Made by a program: the position numbers and the translations under genes. From Zygnema circumcarinatum SAG 698-1b (Eukaryota > Plantae > Zygnematophyceae), in the NCBI GenBank assembly GCA_037447605.1, contig CM074808.1, positions 3,720,001-3,784,000 of the forward strand: a DNA stretch of 64,000 bases. The letters are read 5' to 3'. Shown here piece after piece: positions 12,586 through 25,500 of this stretch (its first letter is position 1; each line of letters begins with the position of its first letter). The notes beneath the pieces are model-generated. The model did not search any database and was not told the DNA's origin. It was given only the letters and a program-made list of their open reading frames with translations.

Positions 12586-13479
12586 GGGTAGTGATATTTC
12601 CACCCCTTTTTTGGATCCAAACACCCCTTCCCGGCCGGGCAGATTTCAAAAGGGATTAAAAACGGAAAATACTATTTTCACACCTTTTTGGAATCGATAC
12701 CCACCTTCTTCCGTCGGCTGATTTTATCTTTGCTAACCAAGGAAAATGATACCCCGTCACCGCATTTTGAATACTGTATCCCGCCTCCCTGAATTTTTTT
12801 TTTGAGGGAAAGAAATATCTGCCTGCCCGAATCCGCTCGGAGCGGAAGATCCGTCCGCCACGAGATCGTTCGCGGGTGTCCGTCCTTCACACGTGCGTGT
12901 CAATCGCATCTGTCGAATTCCCTCGCAGATCGCACCACTGCAGGTCACCGTTCGATCTGCTGCCGGGCTCGATCTTATCGAATGGAAACCGCCCACGAGT
13001 CCCGCCAAAGCCGGATCGCACGCGCGAGTGCGCTGCCACGTGTTAAATTTTTGACGTGAAAAACTTTGATTGGTCCAAGCTCTCAATGTACGAAATATTG
13101 GGTTCCTCAAAGTTGCGACCATACGACATTTGTACGGACAACTTTTTGAGACGACTTTGGCGGGATACGTGGGCACCTGCCATTCGCTGTGACCGAGCCC
13201 TCCTGCAGAGCAAATAGTGATCTGCCATGTTGCGATCTGCGAGGGAATCGACGGCTGCGATTGGCCGCACGCGTGAAAAAAAATTCAGGTAGGCGGGATA
13301 TTCAAAATGGGGTGACGGGTTATTTCCTTGTTTCGCAAAAATAAAATCTGCCGATGGAGGGTGGGTATCGATTCCAAAAAGGTGTGAAAAAAGCATTTTC
13401 CGTTTTTAATCCTTTTTGAAATCTGCCCGGCCGGGAAGGGGTGTTTGGATCCAAAAAAGGGGTGGAAATATCACTACCC
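12586..13479. mobile_element. Non-autonomous Mutator-like (MULE) foldback element, 894 bp
   Basis: Ends GGGTAGTGATATTTCCACCCC...GGGGTGGAAATATCACTACCC. Inverted arms exceed 200 bp and continue imperfectly almost to the centre. Perfect 9-bp target-site duplication TTTTCCTTG at 12577-12585 and 13480-13488; a 9-bp TSD with long TIRs is characteristic of Mutator. Confidence 0.88.
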
Positions 13480-14352
13480 TTTTCCTTGTAGACAGCATGC
13501 CAAAGAGTCCGTACCCTTTTGGACCCACGTGTCCGTGCCGGCCGGCACGGCCGGCAGACGGCGTAGGGCCGTCCTTCCGCGAAATGACCGCGTTTTTGGC
13601 TTTACGTGCCGTTCTATGTAAATGTCCTTGTTCTGTCTATCCCTACATGTGACGGCCAGCATAGAAAGCCATCAGACTTGCTGTCGTTTTGTCGCTTAAT
13701 GCTAACTTGTCGTTTTGTATATCGCGTTGGTCTTTCCGTGAAACCCGGAGGACCGTCGATTCACAATCCCCTTCTCGGCACATGGTCGGTCACGTCCCGC
13801 TGACGCCCGTCCGCCTTTCTGAACTCCGTCGAGCGTCGTCCAATGAGAGTTCGCCACGTAAGTAGTAATGTACACGTGGCATATTTCCATTAGATGATGC
13901 CCACGTGTACTTTGCGTGAAGAAAACTCCCCCTTAGAAAGGCACTGAAGTCCGTTGCGCGGTCTCACCTCCCCCCCTCGCTCTCTCTCTCTCCCCCTCTC
14001 CCTCTCTCGCTTCCTCTCTCTCCCTCTCGCTTCCTCTCTCTCCCTCTCTCCCGCCCCCTCTCCTCCGCTTTCCCTCTCTCCCTCTCCTTCTTCTTTATCT
14101 CCCTCTCTCCCGCCCCCTCTCTCTCCCTTTCTCTCTCTCTCGCTTCCTCTATCTCTCCATCTCTCCCCCCCGCTCTCCTCCTCTTTCCCTCTCTCTATCT
14201 CCCTTTCCTCTTTCTCTCCCTCTACTTTTCCGTTCTCTCGCTTTCCCTATCCCTCCCTCTCCCCTCCCACGCTCTCTCTTCTCCCCTTCCTTTCCCTCTC
14301 TCTCTCTTTCTTTCCCTCTCTCTCTCTCTCTACTGCACCCCCCCCACACCTC

Positions 14353-16160
14353 ATGGATCAAATTCCCAATGTCATGCCCCTGGAAGGCCTCCATGGAGGC
14401 TTCCGTTCCGTTCTGTCCGACTGCCTAGACTTTACGGCGCCCCGTCTCCATGTGGCCGTACAACGGAACCGTGGAACTGCGGACTGGTCGGATTCTTCAT
14501 GTACAAGCGGACGGAGCTTGTTCAACGAAACGGAAACGGAGACGGAAACGGAAACGGGAAGTTCGTCACATGTGAGCAGTCCCCGAGATTCCCGCAGGTT
14601 CATGCGCTTGAATGCCTTCAGAAAACGAATGGCAGAGGGTGCTTTGAAAATTCACGAGGAAAGAATCGCAGAAAATGCTGGTAAAGTTACGGAGGACATA
14701 CTGGGAGTGAATGTGAATGGGGGGGATACTAAGAAAGGTAAAGAGCAGGGGAGGAGAAAGTTGGTTTCTTTACATGAAGGAGAAGGGGTAGGAGGAGTAG
14801 GGGGAGTGGGAGTGGGAGGAGCTGGAAGAGTGGGAGGAGTGGGAGGGAGGAGGTATTTGCACCCTCGAATGATGAAATGGGATAAGAAGAAAATGAGAAG
14901 TCTTGCAAAAGTGGTGCATTACAAACCCCCTGAAGACTTTACTCTCACAGAGGAAGAGCTGAAGGGCTGCTTAGAGAGTGCCCTTAGAGAGGAGGAGAAG
15001 CAGATTTTGGAGGCGATTAAAAAGTTACGTAATTTTTCAAAGGTGTCTCAAGATTCGCGGCAGAAAATGGTGAACTCGGGGGTCATCCCTGTGCTTGTAA
15101 CGCTTCTTAATTCCCGCGATGTGAATGTAGTGGAGAATGCTGCTGCCGCAATCTTTAATCTCGCGTGGGAGATTGACTTTAAGAGGAGTATTGCTGCTTG
15201 TGGGGCGGTCCTGCCCCTCACTAAAGTCATGTTCCATTCTTCAAGTAAGGAAGCGCAGAACAGCGCTTTAGGAGCTCTATGCAATCTTTCCGTTGAGCCT
15301 TCAAATAGGGCGGAAATTAGGGCAGCTGGAGTGGTTCCGCATTTCATAAAAGAGCTGAAGTGCGGAAATGCTCAAGCCCGGAAAGACGCGGCTGTAGGAC
15401 TTGTGAATATGGCTATGGAGCACAGTTGCAGAGAACAAATGGTGGCTTTCGGAACCATAGAACTCGTGCTTCAACTTTTAGAAAAATCCGACAAAGACTT
15501 TGAGGAGGTCTTTACTTTACTTTTGGCGACTTTAGTGAAATCTGCGGAGGGATGTTCGAGAGTTCTGGAAGCGAATGGGGTCGGAATTTTGGGCGATATT
15601 CTTGAAGGTGCTTCAAACAGAGTGCAGGCCAATGCTTTGAGTGTTCTGCTCAGAGTGGGAGAGAGAGGGGAGGTGGCAATTCGCGTACTGAAATCAGACC
15701 TTTTCCTGCCCACGATTTTGAAGATCGCGGAGAGTCCGTACACTCGTGCACGAGAGAAGGTGAGGGGGAGGACAAAGGCATCTTTGGAGTGAGAGTGGGG
15801 GGCGGAGAGGGAAGGGGCGGGAAGGGGAGGGAGGGAGGGANNNNNNNNNNGGAGGGAGGGAGGGAGGGAGGGAGGGAGGGAGGGATTAGTATTGCTATGT
15901 TGGGCCCTCATGGAGATCTTTACGCTATGTCGAACAGCAAACGATACTACGAATTACTTTTAAGTTCAATCGTATGAACCTTCGGGAACTTCGCAAAACT
16001 CGCGCCTGCTTCGTAAAAGAGTCGTTGAATTAGGGTTTGGAGTTTGGGATTTAGCGTTTAGAGTTGATGATTTTGGGCTTACAGAATTTTAATTTGCTCC
16101 TCTGATTTCTTCCCTTCACAGGCCTCTGCTTTGGCGGCGCTGATGAGGAACATGAAGTGA
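14353..16160 (+). CDS. ARM-repeat protein (PUB-type ARM region, no U-box seen), 2 exons
   Basis: Exon 14353-15759 encodes a disordered N-terminus then ARM repeats (SGVIPVLVTLLNS...ENAAAAIFNLA, GAVLPLTKVM...AQNSALGALCNLS, RKDAAVGLVNMA). It splices at RAREK|gt to the acceptor at 16122, giving ASALAALMRNMK*. Confidence 0.8.
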
Positions 16161-16783
16161 CTTCCTAGCGAGGAAAAAGACTCCCTTTTATTGAGCGGAG
16201 GACACTCTCTTGTATTTTTATATTTAAACTGCCATTATTTCCCCAACGGAAATATTTTTCTTCTCAAATAACCATATCCTTTAACCAAAAATCTCTTTGT
16301 TTCTCTCCCGAGGCTTGATTCTTTAAAGAACATTTTATTTTTTAATAAACTGTATTTTAGTTCCCATTCAAACTATGTAGAGGCTTAGGAGAGAGACTTA
16401 GAGGGAGAGGGAGAAGGGGAAGGGGGAGGGGACGTGAAGGAGGGGGGTTCAGGATATTGAGGGTTTATAGAATGCAATGTTTTGAGCGGGCCAATGCCTT
16501 CCATTCGTGGCATTTTCTGTCTATAACAGCCGATCTGCCCGCGAGTATTAGCGATCTATTGGGGATTAGTTTGTTATATGTTGAGAGCTAATTTTGAAGT
16601 GCTGGCTGATTGCACTTGCCTTAAACGTCTACGAAAGGAAGGTCTGCTAAAGACAGAAGAGAAGAATTTTCCACATATGGACTCAGTCCTACGACCAGTT
16701 CTTCCAAGCATCATAACCTTTGTTTGTCTGCCTCAAGGTGGGCCGCATGTTTGAGGACTGAAGTAAAACTATAAATAAATAAA

Positions 16784-17410
16784 GGAAAATGATATTTTCA
16801 CACCTTCTTGGCTAGATATATACCTTTTTTCGCTGGTCAGATTTTATTTAAAAAAAAAAGGGTTAAAAGCCCTAAAAACCCATTTTATGCAAATTAAATT
16901 TGAGTGCGTCTGCCCACTTCCGTGTAAGCAGTACGTGCAACGCAACAAGAGCTGGAGTCACGACACATGAGGTGATCGAAGATCTCAAGAACAGCTATGA
17001 ACAAGAAAGAGTGGTCTTCACCATCAAGAATAGCAAGGAGAAGCAGGTAATCTTGAAGTGTGATCGAGGCAGAGAATATGTCTACATGTTGAACCTAACA
17101 TATGAAACACGCGTCAAAGGGAAACACGCACCAAGCGAACTAACTGTGAGTTTGAGATTGACAGTTCAACGATGAAGGGTGTTTAGGCAGTACTTAAGAT
17201 CTCTGGCAATCACAATTACGAACTGGTTGGCAACTTGGAAAGCCATGCGGTGAAGCGTCGCTTAAGCGAGAGGGGGTGGGCAGACGCACTCAAATTTAAT
17301 TTGCATAGAATGGGTTTTAAGGGTTTTTGACCTTTTTTTTCTAAAATAAAACCTGACCCGCAAAGAAAAGTGTATATCTAGCCAAAAAAGGTGTGAAAAT
17401 ATCGTTTTCC
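16784..17410 (+). mobile_element. Mutator-like deletion derivative carrying a transposase N-terminal fragment
   Basis: Terminal inverted repeats of ~120 bp (GGAAAATGATATTTTCACACC / GGTGTGAAAATATCGTTTTCC), flanked on both sides by TAAATAAATAAA. The interior encodes VILKCDRGREY and, out of frame, GNHNYELVGNLESHAVKRRLS, resembling the FAR1/MULE zinc-finger region. Confidence 0.8.
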
Positions 17411-17899
17411 TAAATAAATAAACTAATTAATTAATTAATCGCTTAGCAACATAAGGTTATCTCAGTACACGGGTCTTCAAAGTTCAGCCTCTACAAGAGC
17501 ACAACAGCAAACAGAACCGATGTTCCCATACTTTCGCTCAGCTCTGCTCCGTTCCATGTGGATTGGTTGTGTTTGCGTTTTATGCCATTCGATTCCATTC
17601 ATGCGGACCCATTTCACGTTTGTTCCATGCTATTCCGTTCTGTTTTGTTCCTCGTCATTCCGTTCTTTTAGTCGCCCCATTCCGTTCCGTCCCATATTGT
17701 TCCCTTTTCTCTCGTTCAGGTCCGTTACAGTTCCTTCCATTCCACCCCGTCCGTACACCGCACCCTTCATCCCATTCCCGCTCTCTCCTGTTCCAAACCA
17801 TCCCATCCCTTCCTCCCCCCTCTGCTTCTTGTTCGCCGTTGCGTCCCGTTCCGCTCCACTCTGCTCAGTTCATTTAACTCTGTTCCATCCCTTCCCTTC

Positions 17900-19015
17900 C
17901 CAGTCCTAGTCCCAATCCCAGTCCCCGTCCCAATCCCAGTCCCAGTCCCAGTCCCAGTCCCAGTCCCAGTCCAGTCCCGGTCAGTCCCAGTCCCAGTCCA
18001 GTCCCAGTCAGTCAGTCCCAGTCCCAGTCCAGTCCCGGTCCCAGTCCCAGTCCCAGTCCCAGTCCAGTCCCAGTCCCAGTCCCAGTCCCAGTCCCAGTCC
18101 AGTCAGTCAGTCCCAGTCCCAGTCCCAGTCCCAGTCCCAGTCCCAGTCCCAGTCCCAGTCCCAGTCCCAGTCCCAGTCCCAGTCCCAGTCAGTCCCAGTC
18201 CCAGTCCCAGTCCCAGTCCCAGTCCCAGTCCCAGTCCCAGTCCCAGTCCCAGTCCCAGTCCCAGTCCCAGTCCCAGTCCCAGTCCCAGTCCCAGTCCCAG
18301 TCCCAGTCCCAGTCCCAGTCCCAGTCCCAGTCCCAGTCCCAGTCCCAGTCCCAGTCCCAGTCCAGTCCCAGTCCCAGTCCAGTCCCAGTCCAGTCCCAGT
18401 CCCAGTCCCAGTCCCAGTCCCAGTCAGTCCCAGTCCCAGTCCCAGTCCCAGTCCCAGTCAGTCCAGTCCCAGTCCCAGTCCCAGTCCCAGTCCCAGTCCC
18501 AGTCCCAGTCCCAGTCCCAGTCCCGGTCAGTCCCAGTCCAGTCCAGTCAGTCCAGTCCCAGTCCCAGTCCAGTCAGTCCAGTCCCAGTCCCAGTCCAGTC
18601 CCAGTCCCGGTCAGTCCAGTCCCAGTCCCAGTCCCAGTCCAGTCAGTCCCAGTCCCAGTCCCAGTCCCAGTCCCAGTCCAGTCCCAGTCCCAGTCCAGTC
18701 CCAGTCAGTCCCAGTCCCAGTCCCAGTCAGTCCAGTCCCAGTCCCAGTCCCAGTCCCAGTCCCAGTCCCAGTCCCAGTCCCAGTCCCAGTCCCAGTCCCA
18801 GTCCCAGTCCCAGTCCCAGTCCCAGTCCCAGTCCCAGTCCCAGTCCCAGTCCCAGTCCCAGTCCCAGTCCCAGTCCCAGTCCCAGTCCCAGTCCCAGTCC
18901 CAGTCCCAGTCCCAGTCCCAGTCCCAGTCCCAGTCCCAGTCCCAGTCCCAGTCCCAGTCCCAGTCCCAGTCCCAATCCCAATCCCCGTCCCAATCCCCGT
19001 CCCAGTTCCAGTTCC
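17900..19015. repeat. (CCCAGT)n hexamer satellite, about 1.1 kb
   Basis: Near-continuous cccagt units with ccagt/cagt variants, starting about 15 bp past the stop codon of the minus-strand kinase. Degenerate TTCC(G/A) repeats continue to ~17560. Confidence 0.97.
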
Positions 19016-19028
19016 AGTTTCCGTTCCG

Positions 19029-22000
19029 TCACCTCGGCGCCAAACTGATGGCGATCCTTGTGACGTCCGAGTCCGCGCTTCTCCCTCCGTCGCTGCCCCA
19101 CTCCGCCGCGCTCCCCCGCGACCGCGAAAACGTCATCGGAATTTGATGGCCCTCCGCGAGGCGGCCGTGGGAGAGGCTGCTCTGCGCCTCGAGGAGGTCC
19201 TCCCCCTGCAGTCGCCGGAGACACTCCGCCATGGCGGGGCGGCCGCGGGGGTCCGCCTCGAGGCAGACGAGGGCGGTCTCTGCCAGTCTCAGGAGCATGT
19301 CGAACTGTTCCGTGTTTCCATGGGAGTCGGCAGTTAGTTGGTCCCGCACTGTGGGGTCGATGATGAGCATCAGGCGCTGAGGATCGGTGAAGTGTGCCTC
19401 TAGCTGCTCCGAGGAGAGAAGGGGAGTAAAAGGAGGGGGGGGGGGGGGGGGGGGGNNNNNNNNNNCCCTTCCCCCTCCCCCTCCCTCTCCCTCTCTCTCT
19501 CTCTTTCTCTCTCTCCCTCCCTCCCTCTCCATCCCCTCCCATTCCTCCCCCTCAACCTCAAGGTGCGGTAGAGCTCTCACCCACTTCATGAGCCCCTGGT
19601 CGGAGGCCTCCCGGGAGAGAGCGGCGGCTCTGCGACCCGTCAAAAGCTCCAACAGGAAAACTCCAAATGCAAATACATCGGTTTTGGGCGAGATAGTTCC
19701 TGAAAGGATATATTCTGCAAAAGAAGAAAGAAAAACGGAAATGTATATAAATCACTTCTTCAAATACGGAGAAAAGGATCATGTGGGGGGTCTTCCCAGA
19801 ATGAAAGAATCTGTTTTCATCTGATTTCTGCGTTATTACAAGCCTGCCTGTTTTTGGAGGGGAAGGGGTTTGGAGCACACCCGGCGCTATATGGCTGAAC
19901 GTTCCACGGACCGTTGTATTGACTCCCGACTGCTCCGCATGGAGCAGTTTGGCGAGTCCGAAGTCAGTGAGGATGGCTTCCATGCTGTCGGAGAGGAGCA
20001 CGTTAGCGGACTGCCAAGGGAGAGAGAGAGTGAGAGAGAGGAGAGCGGGGGGGTGGGAGAGAAAGAGGTGAAAGACGGACCGAGGAAAAGAGGGAAGGAG
20101 CCAGAGAGAGAGGGGGGGGAGTGGGAGAGGCAGGGAGAGAGGAGGAAGAGGTAGAGAGCGAGTGAGTGGGTGGGGGAAAGCGAGGGAGGGAGGGAGGGCG
20201 GGAGCGAGGGAGAGAGCGAGAAAGCAAGAAAAGGAGAGAGGGGAGGAGGGAGAGCGGAAAGGAGAGAGCGAGAGGGAGTGAGAAAGCGAGGGAGAGGGGG
20301 GGTCAGAGAGGGAGAGGGCAAGATGGAGAGCGAGGGAGAACAGGGGAGAGGGAGGGAGAGAAGGAGAGATATAGATGGTCAAATGTGTGAGGTTTGGAGC
20401 CACACATGCCCACACATAGCTTGCGTCTGCTAATACCTTTATCTGCTCTCTAAGTATAAACATAGCACAGTTATGACCCACCCTGAAAGAAGACGACAAG
20501 TACGACAATAACACAATTTTCACGCTTCTTTAGAAATAGCCCAATTTCTACCCTTTCTTGAGAAGCATTGCAAAATATTACAGTTATGACCCCCACCTTG
20601 ACATCGCGATGTATGATCCGCACTTGGCACTCATCATGCAAATAGACCAATCCCCGGGCGGCACCGGCCGCTATCTTGAGGCGGGCGGGGAGGGAGAGGG
20701 AGACACCGCCGGAGAATGGGCCTTCTCATGTGAACAACAACGAAGGAAAAAAAAAAAAAATTAGAGAATTACAACAAAAGAAACCACTCTCTTTTTATAA
20801 GCATTTCCTGTCCTAAAGTATAGGGAGCTGAATTTGGAAGGAAACTTTACAACTCTCTCACTGAAAAGAGATTGAGAGTCCTAAAGGGAAGTGGTGCATC
20901 CCTCATAACGAGAGACAAAAGAGAGAGACAGGAGAGAGAGAGAGGGAAGAGAGGAGGAGAGTGAGAGCGAGAGAGCCGATTCACGTTGAATCTAGCGGTT
21001 AGATGCATATCCACATACATGGTTTGCATGGTTTCCAAATTTGATGCAACAAGGAAGGAAGGAAGAAAGAGTACACCTCGAAGATGTCGGTCGATCGAGC
21101 CATTGGCCATAAATGGGAACACCAAAATCCGCTCTCCAGCTTCAATACAAAAGCCTTTCACACTTATAACATTGCGATGCACCGCTCGGCAAATTATGTC
21201 AATTTCGGAGCAAAATTTCATAATCTGTTCGTGTGAAGCAGGCCGGACCTGCACGATAAAAAAAAAAAAAAAATCACCTCGAAAAAATTGGCAAAATGTG
21301 TAGCTTACTTGCCCAAAACATGAATATAATCGCATAAAGGCTCTAATCAATGCTTAAACACAAACTTCCATTTCTTCCCTTTAATAACTCAGACGAGCAA
21401 ACCCTAGGAATATAAGAAAGAAAGAAAACCTAAAGGTCCCCCTTGGGCTAACACTCTACCTAATATTTTCGTTTTGAAGTTTTACTATACCTTGAAGCGC
21501 TTGACGGCTATGTGCACCTCTCCCGCTCCCGCTCCTTCTCCCTCTCCCTCTCCCTCTCCCTCTCCCTCTCCCTCTCCCTCTCCCACCAGCAGCCCTTTGT
21601 ATACCACAGCGGAAGCTCCCACGCCAATTTCCGTCTGCCAATCGTGCGTCGCAGCACGGAGCTCGGACAGAGAGAAGCGGCGGAGCGCAGAGAGGCTCGT
21701 GCCGGACAGCCCGTCTGCGGGAGAGGGAGAGGGAGGGGGAGAGGGAGGGGGAGAGGGAGAGGGTGAGGGTGAGGGAGAAGGTGAGGGAGAGGGAAGGGGC
21801 GGTGGGGGAGGGGGAGTGGGAGGAAGGGGGCGGGGGAGGGGAAGGCAGCGAGGGGAAGAGGACGAGGGAAGGGGAAGGGGGAAGGGGAGAGTAGTGGAGG
21901 GAGAGAGGAGTGGAGGGAGAGTAAAAGGGGGGAGAGGGAGGGAGGGGGAGGGAGGGGGAGGGGAGGGGGAGGGGAAGGGGAGTGGGAGGGGGGAAGGGAG

Positions 22001-22528
22001 GGGAAGGGTGCTGGGGAGGGAAAGGGGGAAGGGGAGGGTGACAAGGGGAGGCAGAGGGGATAGTGAGCACGGCGAGAGGAGCGATGGGGAGGGAGAGTGG
22101 AAGGAAGGAGAGGCTGGAGGGAAGAGGAAGTGGCGGAGGGGACGGGCGGGGAGTGGGAAAAGGAAGAAGTATGCAGATGGGGAAAGGAAGGGATGGAGAC
22201 AGACCACCAGCAGCGGTAGTGGGAGAAATGCAGAGAAAGAGAGAGAAAAGAGGGGGAAGAAGGACATGCAGTTGGAGGAAGGGACGGAAAGGGTCGAGAG
22301 TGAGAAGGAATGGCGAAAGTAAACGAAAGAATGGGACGGGAGAGGAACAAACTAACCTTCAATTGCTTGAACCTCGAGTTCAAGCTCTACCTTGCTCTCT
22401 CGCAGCCTTCTCCTCCTCCGGCAGCCCCACCAGACCCATCCCACCACTGCTATACAGAGAGCAAAAATTCCGGCAATCACTCCCACTATGAGGCCTACAT
22501 TTGATTGGCTCTTGCTGGGAGGGGGAGG

Positions 22529-22560
<32 letters not shown>

Positions 22561-25500
22561 AAGGAGGAGGAGGAGGAGGAGGAGGAGGAGATAAGTCTGA
22601 AGATTTCCCACCAACAAGCACACAAAACTGCAACGTCAGTTTAAGGTCCACTCTCCCCCTCCCCCTTCTCCCCTCTCCCCTCCCCCCTCCCCTGGGGTTT
22701 TATTTTTTTTGCGTTGTACGGTCAAAGCAGTTAGGGTTAGGCTCTTATGATTAAGGCACATATGAGAATGAGAAGACGAACCGGAGGAGCAGTTTCCCGA
22801 TAATCCCGATACGTCAAGTTGGTTGTTGGCAAACCTGCAAAGAGAGAGACAGAGAGGTCTCGAAGCTGGAGTTTAGGATTCAAGATTGAAGATGAACAGC
22901 TAAATTTTTTAGGGTTCAAAGTGTTAAGTTTTGGTTTTGGATTTTAGTTTGAATGACCTTCAAAGTTTTCCAAGATCTCGACTTCCTACTCAGCTAAACT
23001 AAACCGAACTCGACTTCTCTCTCTCGCTCTCTCTCTCTCCCCCTCTCCCCTAATCCCTGTCTTTCTCACCCTTCTCTCCCTCCCTTCCTCCCCTCCCTCC
23101 CTTCCTTCCCACCCTCCCTCCCTCCCTCCACATCTTGCCCTCCCACCCTCTACCTCTCTCCTCTCTCCCTCCTCCCTCCTCCAGCACTTTCCATCCTTCC
23201 TCACGTCCTCCTCTCTCCATTTCTCTCCGTTCAACACTGCCACTCTCCCACCTCTCTTGGCCTCCCCTCCTCCCTTGTCCCTCCCTCCATTTTTCTCTCC
23301 CCTCTCTCACTTCATATTTCTCCCTCTCCTCACTCCATTCCTCCCTCTCAACCCTCACTCACTCTCCCTCCTCCTTCTCCCCCTTCTCTCTTATACTCTC
23401 TCCCTTCTCTCTCTTTCTCTTCTGCTGTGTCTCCCCTCCCCTCCCCCCCTCTCTCCCCCGCTCTCTGCCTCTCCCTTCCTGCCATTCTAATCATAGGAGC
23501 ACCGTGCAGCGAAAACGCACGAATAATCAGAAAATGGGTATTTTGCGCGTGATTCATTTTCTACCCTGCTTAAAACTCGTGACTAACTTAACGATTCAAG
23601 TATCGGATGCGCGTTCACACATTCGCACATGCGAACGTGCCGGGAGTTAGTGAGCTTTTGCTGTTAAGGTCCACTGACTGCTGACTATGACTAATGACCC
23701 ATGCATTTTACGTATACGAATCTTACACAGTTCCTGGAAGTTCAAGCATAAAACGCATAGGAAACGTGAAAATCGCAAAAAGTGCTTCTTTCAAAGTCTG
23801 AAAGTAGAGCACGGAAAACAAGAGACTTTGACTCACGCGGAGGCGCAGAATTTTGTGGAGAGACTTGGCGGAACGGGGCCGGACAGGTTGTTGGAGGAAA
23901 CGTCTCTGCCAAATCGAGGGGGGGGGGGAGGGGGAGGGTGGAAGGTTGGAATGCAACCACACGGAACAACACTTTAAGGTCCACTAGGAAAAAATGGAAC
24001 GTATAAGGTACGCCAGCTTTTGCAGAGTGTTTGCACAACTTCGGGTATTTGTGCTGTCTCTAGGGATGCACGAGATTCTTACAACGAGGTCAAGTTTGCC
24101 AAATTTTCAAGTGGTGACAACGTTCCGGTTAAGTGGTTATTTCTAAGGTCCAAAGTTTCCAAAGTTGTGAGATTGCTCAGACAGGAAGGCTGCATATAAA
24201 CAGAACGAAAGGTAAAGGATAAAGTCAACCCGACCAAAAAAAAAATCACGCATGCACTGCATAGGCATGCCTTCCTAGAAAGAAAAAGGAAAAGGAGAGG
24301 ACTTAATTCTTAGTTTCGGAGTCACGGATGCTTACCAATTCTCCAGTCAGGTTACTCCCTCGAAAATTTCTAAAACAAAATTGCATTTGAACACCCCTCC
24401 CCGCACCCCGAAGAAAGATTTGAGAGTACAATAAGGAAAGAAAGAACGTCTGCAGAAAATAACATTTTGCTTTTAGCTTCCCTTTCTTTCCTCTCCCCAT
24501 CCTTCCTTTTCCTTTCTCTTCATGTAGACATGTTCCAGCTTAGATACGTTTAACGGAACATCGTTCATAGAAAGGAAAGGAAAAAGGAAAAAAAAAGGAA
24601 AAAACAAAACAAGAAAAGGAAAGAGAAAAGGGGAAAGGACTGAAACCACGAGTACTTACAATTCTCTAAGGGATCTCAAATTAGTTATTTCGCATCCGAT
24701 ATTTCCGCCAACCATACAATCCATAAGGTTTCTGCACAGAAACATTACTTCCATACATAAGAATATCTTATCGTCTTCAAAAATTTCCCAAACATACAAT
24801 CGTCACACAGCGTCCCAACCGAAAGAAAATGGAAATAGAAAGGGAATGCCGATTTCCAGCTCCCTCCCTTGTTCTCAAATCAGTTTAGGGTTAGGTTTAG
24901 GCTCAGCCTCAGGCTTGAGTGTAGGTCTGGGAGTAGGTGTGCTTCAGATTAGTTTATGAAGAGAGGCTCACAAATGTGCCCTTTCTTTTGTTTGATTTTT
25001 TGCTACAGATGTTGTGTCTTTACTCAATGTTGTGTTGGATTTACCTCTGTATGTTGTGATTTTGCTCGAGGAGAGGCAAAGAAGGGGAGCCACTCACAGT
25101 CCTATGACGAATTTGTCATCGGGAGAGCAGCTCACATGCACCCACTTCGCTACGCAGGGGTCTTCTTCTGGGGGGGGCCAAGAACTGAGATGACTCGGCC
25201 AGTTAGTCAGCGAGCTAAAATTCAGGAACGAGCCCTGTAGTTGAAACAGCGCAAAACCTACGACATGCGGAAAACGAAAGGGGAGTCGACTAGTTAAAAT
25301 CATGCATGAATCACTCAATGTCGAAAAAGGTCAGAAATTCATGGAGAAACACATCAATTAGGGGGGTTCCAACTCAAAATTCCGGCATGTACGAAATCGG
25401 CAAGAGGGTGGCTCCATAGCCTTGCATGAAATCGAATGAAATCTTTGAAACTCAGTAGTCAAATTGACGGAGTTGAGCGTAAGAATTTCGGTCGAATTAG

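Noticed and set aside
13954-14352. N-terminal 133 aa of the 612-aa ORF
   Set aside because: CT-rich low-complexity leader; the first ATG in frame is at 14353.
18727-19542. ORF ending in a long (Gly-Leu)n repeat
   Set aside because: It is an alternative frame of the kinase last exon running into the CCCAGT satellite, with no start context or splice support.
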